Positions 1 through 11,760 of a stretch of DNA of 64,000 nucleotides are shown here, piece by piece (the stretch's first letter is position 1; every line of letters begins with the position of its first letter). The translations under genes and the position numbers were made by a program. The DNA comes from Camelus dromedarius. Lineage: Eukaryota. The notes beneath the pieces are model-generated. The model saw only the letters and a program-made list of their open reading frames with translations. It was not told the origin of the DNA and did no database searches. The DNA lies in NCBI RefSeq assembly GCF_036321535.1, contig NC_087467.1, forward strand, positions 14,074,001 to 14,138,000, in the 5' to 3' direction.

Positions 1-90
1 TACAGCATAATGTCTTAGTCATACATATACGTACATATATGCCTTTTCATATTATTTTTCATTATAGGTTCCTTCAAGAAATTGAATATA
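1..90 (-). mobile_element. Short young L1 3'-end fragment (artiodactyl/camelid type), cut by the window start
   Basis: Shares tacagcataatgt..agtcata and ttttcattataggtt..caaga..ttgaata with the copy at 1898-2045. Confidence 0.75.
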
Positions 91-109
91 GCATATTTTT
101 GAGCTTCAT

Positions 110-660
110 GTGCATTGTAACACTTATCAGTAGTTTATTTCTTTTAATGGCTAAATAGTATTCCGTGGTATGTATATGCCACATCTTATTTACCCATTCA
201 TACATTTGTGGCCATCTGGGTTGTTTCCACCTTTTGACTATTGTGAATAGTACTACTTTGAACATTTTTGTACAGGCATTTGTTTGAACACATTTCAGTT
301 CTTTGGGGTGTGTACCTAAGAGTGAATTTTCTGGGTCATATGGTAATTCTGTGTTTAGCTTTTTTTGAGGAATCACCAAACTGTTTCCCACGGCTTCTGC
401 ACCATTTTATCTTCTCACCCACAGGGCACAAGGATTCTGTTCTCTTCATCCTTACCAACACTTATTTTCCTTTTTATTTTTTTTAATTTTAATTGTAGCC
501 ATCCTAGTGGGTGTAAAGTCATAGCTCATTGTTATGATTTGCATTCTTCTAATGACTAAAGATGTTGAGCATGTTTTCATATGTTTGTTGGTCATTTGTA
601 TATTTGGAAAAATGTCTGTACAAGGTCTTGGCTCATTTTTAAATTCGGTTGTTTGTGTGA
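110..660 (-). mobile_element. Old L1M (L1MB-like) ORF2-end/3'UTR fragment
   Basis: Typical L1 reverse motifs: ttgtttccaccttttgactattgtgaata, gggtcatatggtaattct, ctaatgactaaagatgttgagcat; minus-strand ORF 74-391 resembles decayed L1 C-terminus. Confidence 0.85.
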
Positions 661-1897
661 AAAATTTTAGTCAAGATAACCACTCCATCAGGGCCTTACA
701 TTTCTATGTAAACACAGTTTCTCTAAAAAATATTTTGAATTAGTTATTTACTATTGAGAATATATCTTCTTTGATACATTTTTTCACTTAGAGGTTCATT
801 GAAAAAAATAAGTTCTTGTACTTCATTATTCAAACATGATTTAGCCAAAACATGTTCAAAGCATCTGTAATTTTCCATAGGGCATATATCCCAAATTAAA
901 TTGTTTTTTTCATAGCTTCAGTTTTTTCTGTGTATCTTACAGCAGTATTTTCTGACAAAGGAATATGCTTTAGTCTTTCACCACACTATTTTTTCTGTCA
1001 ACTATTTCAGAACTTTTTTTTTTTTGTAATTTGAGGACTATTTACTCAAGTGATTTGTAGCCTTTTGTCTTTTCTATTAAAAAACCTTAAAGAAGTTTCT
1101 AAACATTTTATTACATTTAGTGAAGAAATTTCAAGGGTAAAGCTCTGGGCTGAATGTCGTATGATTTTAAATATCACTGAGGAAATTTGGGGAGGTTTAT
1201 CTTCATCTTCTGGATGCTTAGATTTTAAATGTTGAGACAAATATCATGACTATTGCTTATTAGTTTATATCTCAGGGTATAATAACAACACGTGAATAGA
1301 GGGTGGCCTGCATACATCTGTATGCACATGTGTGTACGTCTGTCTGTATTTCACATGGTCTTCTGGAGAACTGGCTTATTGCCATCTGATTATATATGAT
1401 CTCTCTTTACCAGGGTGGCTGACAAAGAGCTCCCACTAGCAGTAGAAGCCTTTGCCCTCGTCTGTGCACTTTGTTAGCATCATTAGTATTATCTTCAATC
1501 TGGAGCTGCTTTCTGGAGGTCTTGATGCTATGGGTGCATTTTGTGAGTTAACTAGATACTGTAGCCTGTAAGTCCTTGTAACCAGGCTCTCATGAACTGC
1601 AGTGCATCACAACACTCTGGAAGCAGGTGCTTCCGTCAGAGTGATAGCCACCACTCTTCCCGAGGTTACTGTGCATCCTGCGCTTGACCCTTGACCTGTG
1701 ACCATGTGAGGGCACCGCTGTCTGCATGTATATTATCATATCTGTATACATAACGTTTGGTCTAATATTTTTGGCAAAAAGACTTTCCAGTATTCCTATG
1801 TCTCATGAACGCACACACAGTCTGCTTTGGAGACTGTAAGTCAAAGCAAATAAAGAGCCATTGAAAAGCTTTAAAGTAATGCTGAGTTTGCATTTTT

Positions 1898-2045
1898 TTT
1901 TAATTGAAGTATAGTCAGTTTACAGCGTTGTCAGTTTCTGGTGTACAGCATAATGTTTCAGTCATATGCTTTTTCATTATAGGTTTTCATATGCTTTTTC
2001 ATTATAGGTTACTACAAGATCCTGAATACAGTTCCCTGTGATAGG
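1898..2045 (-). mobile_element. 5'-truncated young L1 3' end with 12-bp target-site duplication GTTTGCATTTTT (1886-1897 and 2046-2057)
   Basis: PolyT head, L1 3'UTR body, exact flanking direct repeat; on the minus strand the site reads TT/AAAAA, the L1 endonuclease consensus. Confidence 0.85.
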
Positions 2046-2104
2046 GTTTGCATTTTTAATGGATGTGTTGGGCAGGAATGTGAAGCATCTTTTTTGTTTT
2101 TCCT

Positions 2105-2175
2105 CTTTCTAGACTGTAAGCTCTCCAAGGATTAATCAGTCTCTTCCTCTGCTTTGTATCCCTAGCACTTACCTT
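2105..2175 (+). mobile_element. L2 3'-end fragment
   Basis: ctagactgtaagctc...tttgtatccctagcact resembles the L2 terminus. Confidence 0.55.
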
Positions 2176-2284
2176 GAAATAGCAGTACCTGCCCAGCAGG
2201 GATTTTTTTAGCTAGACTGAAATTCTCCTAATTTGGCAGTTCTTATCCAGGAGCCACACCAGAATACTTGGTGGTGCTTCACTT

Positions 2285-2311
2285 TTGTTGTTGTTGTTGT
2301 TGTTGTTGTTG
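2285..2311. repeat. (TTG)9 microsatellite
   Basis: Direct reading. Confidence 0.95.
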
Positions 2312-2439
2312 GCTTGTTGGGTTGTTTGTGTGTGTGTGGTGCTTTTTAAAAACCATCACATGTATTAGTATTAGCACCAAGCAAAGAACCCAAAGCCAAA
2401 TAGCATTACTTGATTTAGGGAATTTCTTTTTCACCTTAA

Positions 2440-2730
2440 AGAAGACAGGAGGTAGGCAGTCTGGGCCTAGGAGAGCAGTTTCAGGTGTTCGGGGCTATTC
2501 CAAATACTGAATTCCAGTCAGGAGGAAGGGGCAAAAAAATAGGATGCCCTTCCCTTTAAGGAGGTCTGGTGAATTCCTTACGACACTTCCATTCTCCTTG
2601 GCCACAACTTAGTCATGTGGCCACAGCCTTCAGAGAGACTGAGCAATAGTTTTTAAGCTGGAGAGCGGTGTAGCCAGCTAACAAATCGGGGTTCTTACTA
2701 AGGAAGGAGACCAGCTATTGAGAGGAATTA
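2440..2730. mobile_element. MaLR LTR fragment (MLT1J/K-like)
   Basis: ttggccacaacttagtcatgtggccacag and cagctaacaaatcggggttcttactaagga resemble MLT1 LTR motifs. Confidence 0.6.
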
Positions 2731-3179
2731 GAGATCTCAGGCCTCGTTCACTCTTGGAAGTCCTGATGCAGTAGGTCTGGGCTCAAACCACACCAAACCA
2801 ATCCTATAGCTGCTCCAAGTATACGCTTCATGATGGAGAACCTCAGCTCTAAGGCAGGTTTTGAACAGAACAGATGTACTAGTTCTTGGAATGAAAAACT
2901 GTTCTCCTGGAGGGCATGGGTTCAGCCAGATTCCTGCTCCATGTAGTGAACTCGCCATTTTGCAGTGATGTCATTCCTGCCGGGGTCCAAGGGATGGTTT
3001 TAACAAATACGTTGCTGCAGTCCAGGTAACTACCTGCCCTCCCTCATTCGTCTGGTCCACCAGTCCAGTGACCCTATCAAAAAAAAAAAAGTGAGACCCT
3101 CTGCTTCTAAGACTCCTGATCGTGTATTCCCATCAGCAGTGTTCCTGGGTCTTACGGCTGCTGGTAATACCATGGGTTG

Positions 3180-3380
3180 GGAAGCTTTTGGAATTTGGGG
3201 TTAAAAGGTCTTGGTTTCAGTTTTTTATTCCTCTGCTAACCTTTGGCAAGTTACTTAAACTTTATGAGCTTCAATCTGTACATGTATACGTTCCTCATAG
3301 GGCTCTTTGGAGGATTTAATGAACTAACAGTATATAAAAGTGCCTTTTAAACTGTAAAATGCTATGCATGTAGCTTATCA
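3180..3380 (+). mobile_element. MIR SINE
   Basis: Core ctttggcaagttacttaaactttatgagcttcaatctgta...gaggatttaatga. Confidence 0.75.
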
Positions 3381-5859
3381 GTTGTAGGCACAGAAACAGT
3401 CCTATGAAAGCAGAACCAGTGTTTACACAAATGCTTATGAAGTTGTTTGGGTTTTTTGTTTTTTTTTTTTTTTGCTTGATGAACTTTTACACTAAAGTTA
3501 AGTGTAGTGAGATTTTAAGAGACATTTTTGTTCAGGAGCCTGCCCTTTAATTATTACTTCATGAGTAAACTGTGAAATACTCATTAATACTGGTTAAAGA
3601 GATTCTAGTAAAGAAAAAAGGTTATTTTGCATTGCTTCAGTCCCCTCCTGCCTCTGTTACTGTACACTCTAAGGGTGCAACATTGCACAGTATATTAAAC
3701 ATTTTAGAGAATCTAGGGGCTGGTATGACTCTGCACTACCTTTGTACATTTAGTGGTACAAGTGTAGGGATAAGCCATGTAACTGAGGAGAAATCTGTTC
3801 ATGTCTGAACAGAGAGGTCCTCGGTTGCTAACAAAATCTCTCCTTGACTTCAGACTTGAGGCAAACCGAGGAGTCTGTCAGTGCACAAAAACCACTGAAG
3901 TCAGGCCAGACAGTAGCAACAGGATCAATATTAAGGAATTGGCTCATCCGGTTAGGATTCTGGGGGCCAGTCTGAAGTGAGCAGTGCAGGCGGGAGGCTG
4001 GAAATCTAGCTGTTACAGCTCAAGGCCACGCTCTGTAGGTTAGAAGAGCAGTCTAGAGACAGAAAGGTTAGTGCATCCTTTAAAAATCTCCAGTTTTCCA
4101 AACAAGCTTGTAGTATGTGTTCCCCAAACATGGTAACATTTTAGAATTTTTATTGAATAGATTTATTTGGAATTTCATTATTTCCATACAGCCAACACCG
4201 ATTTTTTACATGATGTTGAAATCTATTTGTAGTGTGTTTAATGTATACCATTACATGACAATTTAACATTTGGTTCTGTAATTTACATGATACATAAGAA
4301 CCTTTTGAAATTTTTAATACTTTATACCATGATCTAGAATAATTTGAGGATTATATATTGAGGTAGTAGTGCTTTTCTGAATATAATCCTGCAAGTGCCA
4401 GCTTGCCGAATGTAAAAGGTACACAGTTATGGAAATTTAACTTTATTGCAGTTACTCCTTATGTGACTGTTAAAAATCAGTGTCAAGTGATACAACATCA
4501 CAATTGAAAGAGAAAATTATTATGAGCTCTTACTTGTACCAAATTAGTTTAAATGCCAGAACCATTGAACAAGGGAGCGGAGTCCACGCTATTGAATCTA
4601 TTGTTCGTAATACACGGCAGAAGCAAATGGTACTTTTGTTTCCGAAGACGTATTTCTCTTTTCTGCTTTTTTTTTTTTTAAAGACCTGTAAAAACTCAGC
4701 CATGTTGTCATTCGTATGTAGTATTATTCTCCCATTGATTTTATTTTTACGAGAGGTTATTTTTAAATCAGTCTGGCAAAGATAACCACCAAATACTCTG
4801 GTTTTATGTTGATTTTTCCAAGTATCATCTGCCCTTGCTTTTTGAATTCCCCATTTATTTACCAAATATTTCTTAAGTGACTGTTGGGCTTTATCCTAGA
4901 TATGGGAGTAAGCAGTTATCCCCAGATTCCTCCTTTATTTAAAATGTCTGAAGATACGTTGGCTAGTTGTTGACCTACCAAATTATTAGCAGAAAGTGCA
5001 GTTTAACAAGCTCTGCTGAGGTCATTTTACTTAGAGCGTGTCAGTAAGTCAGCAAGCCCTCACCTTCATTCCCAAGACAGAGCCTAAGGGCAGAATTAGG
5101 TACAGAGGCAATTCCCAGTGGGATTTCCTTTTCTGTCAGCTCAAGCCAGATTGAGGGAAATGGTAGACCAGTAAGAAAGGGGGCATTCTTTGTTTAATGG
5201 GTCCAGGAGCAAGCCCCAGTGGACTGTAAGCAGAGGGGAAATGCTGGAGCCGCTGCCTTGTTGGGTTGACCAGGTTAGCGTGAATGAGGCTTTGGGGGTC
5301 CTAAGAAATGATCTCATTTTAAATCTCAGGATGAACTTTTGAATGCTGCGTGTAATGTTAGAGAGACTGGTAGCTTCTGACCATGTCGCATGCTGGTACC
5401 TCCAGGTTGAGGACCTCTTTGTTTCCTATTGTCTACATTTCTTACATGCACTGAGACAAAATGAGTGCCTAGAAGAAAACTTAGTTAGACTTACCTGTAT
5501 CAATCTGTGTACATACATGCTGGTCTTCCTTCTGCAACTAACGGTGAACTTTCAGTGTCCTTAGCAAAGGTCAGCTGTACACGTGTGGATGAGATCGCAT
5601 CCTTTTTTGCAAACTCAAGAACAACATTCCAGGAATTATCTCTTACTCCTGCCTCCTTGGTTTCCTCTGCTCTTAACTACTCTTTCCCATCAGTGTAGAA
5701 ACATGCTGGGTGCTCTGCCATAATACAGCCTTATTGACCTTATACCCTCTTCAGTAGTTCCCCCAATTTTCTTCTTTCCTTTTTAGCAAAACTTCTTAAT
5801 GGGCTGTGCTTGCCCTTTCCAAGATTCCTTCTCCCATTTCTTTTCACCTACTGTAGTAA

Positions 5860-6850
5860 GCCTTTGCCTTCATGGTTCTCTCAGCACTGCACCGAACCTG
5901 CCCTTGTCAAGGTCACCATTGACCTCTTCACCAAATCGAGAGGTATTTTCTTAGTTCTCATATTATTTGATTTCTCATCAGTGCTTGACAGAATCACTTG
6001 TTCCTCCTTGAAGTACTTCATTTAAGCTTCCAGATTTCCACACACTCCTGATTTCCTTCAGTCTCTCCTTTTTTTTTTTTTTTTTTTTTTTTTTTTGTTT
6101 CCTTTGCTTGTTCTTTCTCATCTCTCCCAGCAGAAGGAAATGTCAGTCCTTGGATTTCTTCCTGTTTCTGTTTCACTGTCTCTCCCGTAGCGCTTCTTTC
6201 TGGTCTTACAGCTTAAAATCCTCATCTATTTACAAATGACTTCCAGAGTTATAGCTCCAGCCTGGGCCTCTTCCCTGAACACCTGATTTGATATCTAATT
6301 GCCTACATGAGTGTCTGATGGCATCTCACACCTACCATATATGAAGCTGAGTTCCTGGTTGTCCCAGTCCCTCCTGCCATCTTCCTCGAGTTGGGTAATG
6401 ACTCTGTCTTTAGTTGCTCAGGTCAAAACCTTGAAGTCATCCTTGATTTCTCATTTCTCTCACATCCCGTAGGCTGCCAGCAGGTCATTTAGGCCTACCT
6501 TCAGTGTTTATCCGGAATCTGACTACTCCTCAACACCTCCGTTGCTTTTACCCATCTCTTAACCTGGATTGTTGCAGTAGCTTCTTGAAAGATCTTTTTG
6601 ATTCTACGCTTGACCTTCCCCCCGGTCTCCTCTTCAGCATATCAGTCGGAGAGATTGTGTTAAAATGTAAATCAATTAATGGTAACTCCTCTTCTCAAAA
6701 CCATCCAGCAGCTCCCCATGTCAGTCAGTGTCAAAGCCAGCGTCCTTACCATGGTCGTCAAGCTCTGTGCAGCCCCTGTCCCCACCCACAACCTCCTTGC
6801 ACAGCCTGCCTCATCTCCATTTCCTCCTGTCAGACAAATCTCCTTGGTCA
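5860..6850 (+). mobile_element. L2 LINE fragments interrupted by a T28 run (6069-6096)
   Basis: tgtcaaggtcaccattgacctc, ggtcaaaaccttgaagtcatccttgatttctc, ttaaaatgtaaatca...ctcctcttctcaaaaccatccagcagctcccc are L2 hallmarks. Confidence 0.85.
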
Positions 6851-9800
6851 CTGAGGCAGATTTATGTTTAAGTAAGCGTCTTTTTTAGTCAGGGGGAAGG
6901 ACTGGAAAGAAAAAAAGGCTCCAGGAACGTAAGGAAATTGATTACAGTTGAAAAGGCATTGATGGGACGGCATAGAAGAAGGGCATTCGAGGCAACAAAA
7001 ACCCTGAAAGTTAATGTGTGCAGAGTTGCTTTGTAAGTCTATAAAACAAAGCTATCCAGTCATGAGGATCCATTTTCATACATGATCCTGCCTGACACAT
7101 GGGATCAAATCTTACTTTTCCTGAGCTCTGGGGATGAGAGTGTGAGTCCACCTGGCTATGAACTTGGAAGTAACATTGACCGTTTGCATTTATGCGAGAG
7201 CTCCATCCTCCTCCTCCTCCCCCAAAGCAGTGCATTGGTCTTCTGTGAGCAGAGGAGCCCTTGCCAACTGTAAATGACCAGACCTACTTTCTAACAACTA
7301 TGTGGCAATACAGGGAAAAGTCAGCATATTGTTGGTCCTAATCACATAAATAAGAGTCAGTGTAATTCCTTATCTGAGATAAAATTAGATGTTTTTGAAT
7401 TCAAGATCTAGCCTTGCAGTCTTGACTCAATGTGTTCTTCATGATTGGAGTCATCCATCCGGTGACAAAGAGGAAATGAATAAGGTTAATGCTGTTGAAC
7501 TGGCCAGAGGGCAGTCAGTTGAAAGCTTCACCAGATTGATTAAGGCCATAATGTGACCTAACCTGGAATTGGATAATTGGACCCAGTGTTCTGTGAATAC
7601 TAATCATTTACTCCCACTTAATCGTGTGTCTTTGCCAGACTTAATCATTATCTGTGCCTGATTTAACCTCCATGAAACATGGGTAAATAACAGGGCACTT
7701 TACAGAATGAGAGAGCTAATAAACCGTATACGCTGGCGAGTACAAGTCTCTCTTTAAAATTCAGTTCTTTGGCCAGCATCCATTCACTGCCAGTGTGAAG
7801 AACGCTTTGGAAATGTTCGTTGTGAATTTTACCCACCAGGATGACATGAAGTACAAAGAAAGGTTGTCCTGTTGAAGTGATTCGAGGAGACTATGGAAGG
7901 GCTTGAATTTGCATTAGTCTAAATGGGCTACAGACACACAGAGCAATGTGTCTATTAATAACACTTTGTAACTATTAAGTGTGTGGTGATTCATTCCTTA
8001 AATTTTTTCTCATAAGAAGTTTGACATTTATGTTTACTTGGTTATATGTTGATTTTTATTGTGGCAAAGTGGCTGAGGGAATAAATCTTATAAGTGGATT
8101 TGAAAAATAAAATGTCATGCATATTCTAGAAATGTTCTAATGTAATTACAAACACATGTTGGGCTCCACTGATCTTGTGAAGCAAGTTCTTTATTCCTTT
8201 AATAATAATTAGGGTAGTTGTAGTTTGAGGATTTTGTTTAAAAAGTGTCATCAGTATGCGTGTATTGGTATACATATAAACAAAGCCCTGTGCCTGGAAT
8301 TGCAAAGAGGGATTTCATGAAGGTACTGTTTCTGTTACAACATAGTTTCTAAGCTAGCAAATGAGATTTTGGAGACAGACTTTAATAAGATGAAGGTTTT
8401 ATGAACTTGCACTCTGCATAACTTTATGAGCAGTTCTACACTAATTTCCCAATGCAGGATATCCCCTAGGTGTTTGTGAAGCACTGAGATTGTAGCTGGT
8501 TTGAAATTAGTTGTTCCAGTTGACTGTTCCAATTGATTGGTCTAATTGACCGAAAAGCATCGATGGCAGTTAAGTATGTTCTCAGATGCTTGTCTGCTGC
8601 AAGGAGCAAGCTCCTTTACTGGTGCATTTTCTGTGATACATACACCTGCTTTCTCAGCTCCATCACTTTACGTGACGGGAGATAACTGCCATTTGGTGGG
8701 AAGTTTGTGAATAAGGTACCTTCAGTGCGGAAGATCATTTTGCTTGAATCTAATACAGATGCCCTCAGATCAACTCACAGATAAAAACAAGAACTAGAAC
8801 TGTAGTTAGAGCCGCATCTGCTTCCACCCTTTCACTCCTTCTCTGAAGAACAAGTGAGAACAGATGTCGAGGTGGCGGAAATGCAGTGATGCTTATTTCA
8901 GAGGGATAAAGGAGAAGGATTTGGAATACAGTTTTGTTGAGGAACTTGATATTTTGGAATCTCAATGATTCATTTTGCCACTTTTCTGAAACCTAATGAA
9001 TTTAGGTCCTGAAACTTACGTATTTGTTAGCTGAAAGGGATAATTTAGTTGATTCTTCTCTGGAAAGATACAGTGTCAGCAGCACATTTGCATTTTGATA
9101 TTTGACCGCTAAATCAAGCTGAAGGTAGGGGTGAAAGTTTGGATCTTCCTGCAGTGGGGTTTTTGGAATCTACAGCGGTGCTGATAGATCTTTTCCATTC
9201 AAATAAAGGATCGTTTTGGACATTGTGGTGAATTTTCTAGTCCTCGTTTATAGATACATGAATTGTTTAACCCATCAAATGGAGGAAGGACAGCTTTTTT
9301 TTTTTTTTTTGAAGTTGACCCTAGCCATAGTAAGAGTATTTCCTTTTACGAGATAAAATTCAGATTATAGGAATATTTGCAAATATCTTGCAATTCATTA
9401 AAAGCTGTAAATGTGTAAGTTATTTTTTTCAGTTTTGTATGTGTTCTGCTCATTAGTGCTTACTAGTTACTGCTATTTCTATTTCATTATTGCAGTTCTA
9501 ATAAGAATAATCTTGTTGCTGTAATAATAATAAACACTACACTAAGGTGCCTGAGGACTGAAACTATTCCTAGGATAATGAAGGTTTAACCCTATTTTTG
9601 TTATGAGCTTCTTAACATTTCAACAAAGCTGTATTTTAAGTCATATCCGGTTTCTTGGAGTGTTCCACTCAATGCGTGGCTCTGGCATCGTGGAGGGAGA
9701 TGCTGCATCCTTGTGGACCGAGGGGAGGAGACTGAGAGGGAATGCCAGGAAGTGGGAGGCGGGTTCAGCAGAGAGCATTTTGGAGCAGTGGTGAGAGAAT

Positions 9801-9861
9801 TTGCTGACTCCAGGACCCAGAGGCAGACATTTTGACCTGGGGGAGGTTTTGGAGGTCGCCC

Positions 9862-10045
9862 CATCCAGTGCTTTTCAAACTGCTGGAACAGCCCCTGGCT
9901 TTGGGGCTTGAGGGAACCCCAGGGAGGGGAAGGGTCACCCTGTGCAGTTCTGCTTCGTGAAACTTCTGTTTTACCTGCTGGGATTATGTTTGAGAAATAG
10001 GTTCTGCTGCTAAAACTTAAGAAAAAAAAATTGAAGCGCGCTGAG
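9862..10045. mobile_element. Possible hAT-Charlie MER-type DNA transposon relic
   Basis: Begins cagtgcttttcaaactg and ends aggttctgctgctaaaa...ttgaagcgcgctg, like decayed hAT TIRs. Confidence 0.4.
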
Positions 10046-10074
10046 TTGAAGCTACTGATTAAATTATTAGATAG

Positions 10075-10175
10075 TAGTGGAATCCCTATTTTATAGGTGA
10101 GGAAGCAAGAACAGGGACTTCTGAGGTTACACAATGTACAATGGTAGATCCCAGCTTTTCTGGCTCCTGTCTAGT
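10075..10175 (-). mobile_element. MIR fragment
   Basis: cctattttataggtgaggaagcaagaacaggga...cttttctggctcc. Confidence 0.6.
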
Positions 10176-10411
10176 GCCACGTGGGCTCTAGAAGTTGAGG
10201 GAGATTACAGAGTAACTGAGATTTCCAGAGTTCTGGTTGAAGGATAGGTGAGACTGTTCGTACCAAATCTAGGACCTGCTGTTTTTTAGAAGGCTGTAGT
10301 TAACTGCAAAGGTTGAGATGCTCTTGAATTAGATAGGAAATGTAGACTGCGTCTTTGAAGGATGAAGTCTTTGCCTTCTCTAAAATTGATTTTTTTGGTA
10401 TATGTATATAT

Positions 10412-10683
10412 TTTTTGAAATACAGTCAGTTTACAATTTGTCAATTTCTGGTGTACAACAGTACTTCATATATGTATTTGAATGTATATATATTTGTTTT
10501 CATTCTTTTTCACCATAAGTTACTACAAGATATTGAATATGGTTCCCTGTGCTATACAGCATGATCTTGTTTATCTATTCTATGTATATTAGTATCTGCA
10601 AATCTCAAACTCCCAATTTATCCCTTCCCACCCCCTTCCTCAACGGTAACCGTAAGTTTGTTTTCTGTGTCTGTGAGTCTGTT
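10412..10683 (-). mobile_element. 5'-truncated young L1 3' end (artiodactyl/camelid type)
   Basis: cagtttacaatttgtcaatttctggtgtacaac...ctcccaatttatcccttcccaccccc...ggtaaccgtaagtttgttttctgtgtctgtgagtctgtt. Confidence 0.85.
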
Positions 10684-11296
10684 CGATTATTTTTTTAGTA
10701 CATTAAATTCAAGGTAGAATATGGGGCCAAAATCAAAATACAGAATTGAAAAATGGCAGTTAAAATGTCATTATGTGGATACTTATTTCCCTTAATTTGA
10801 TATACCAACTATTTTGAAAGTGAGCCGAAAATTTTTCTCTTATGCTTTGATGTGGTACAAATTTTAATGTTTACAATGGTTTTCTTTATTTTGTTCAAAA
10901 AAAACTTGCCAATGGTTTTAATTCTTTGTTTTGTTCAAAAATTGGCTTCTTAATTTCATAATGAATATTAAGTGAAATATTCTGTGTTTTAAAAGAACTT
11001 ACATGATTTTCAGACTGGCTAATGTCCTTATACTAGGATCCTGATCGTTTGAGCTGAATCTGTTTGCTGGTTCTTAATCTAGTTTCATTAGCTAGAACTG
11101 TTGCGAGACAAGGCCCCACGGGGAGGACAGAGTTAGCTCAGTAATTTGGCTCATTCATCCGTGTCTGTAACACAACTGTTTTCATTCCTGATGTTGCAGT
11201 TGAACTAGATCGAAAGCAAATAATTTTCACCTCCTTTCGAGAACGTCTGTCTCCCGTCACTCTGAAGTCTTTTTTTGCATGTCTGTTTTCTTCTAG

Positions 11297-11459
11297 GTGA
11301 GGAATTTTAAATTGGAACAGGAGCAAGAAAAAAACAAAATTTTGTCAGAAGCGCTGGAGACGCTAGCCACGGAACACCATGAACTAGAGCAGTCCCTGGT
11401 TAAAGGCTCCCCACCTGTCAGCATCCTTAGTGAGGAAGAGTTCTATGATGCACTGTCAG
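11297..11459 (+). CDS. OSBPL1A: OSBPL1A coding exon (~16), 163 nt: VRNFKLEQEQEKNKILSEALETLATEHHELEQSLVKGSPPVSILSEEEFYDALS; coiled-coil and FFAT motif
   Basis: Acceptor gtctgttttcttctag|GTG, donor TCAG|gtaatt; EFYDALS is the FFAT (VAP-binding) motif. Confidence 0.97.
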
Positions 11460-11714
11460 GTAATTCTGGAACCCTGACATCTGGGTTGTTGGCAATTTAA
11501 AGTTGACCATCTCAACATCACCTTGAGTTTCCTGGAGTCAACAGATGGAAATGTATTGCTGCAGCTCCCCAGCCTGGTAGTCCCCCAGACTACCTAGTTT
11601 TTGTGTGATGCTGTCAAGGCAGGAGCCTGAAACTTGGGAATGAAAGTCAGCACTGAGTCTGCCTTGATTGACAGCATGTGCTGTGCTAGGGCCGGAGTGC
11701 TGTTCCAATGGCAC

Positions 11715-11760
11715 GAATTTGGTTTATTCCTTGATTTGAATTTGGTTTGTTCCTTGATTT
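11715..11760. repeat. Tandem duplication 2 x 23 bp (GAATTTGGTTT[A/G]TTCCTTGATTT)
   Basis: Direct reading; one mismatch between copies. Confidence 0.9.

Noticed and set aside
5310-5415. Possible cryptic exon (tctcag|gatgaac...ctccag|gttgag)
   Set aside because: Purine-interrupted pyrimidine tract and weak donor
7553-7566. TGACCTAACCT as an LXR element
   Set aside because: The half-sites overlap; LXREs need DR4 spacing
9601-10134. Longest ORF in the track (177 aa, minus strand)
   Set aside because: Low-complexity S/P/L composition, overlaps MIR and hAT relics, no recognisable domain or splice context; within chance expectation for 64 kb
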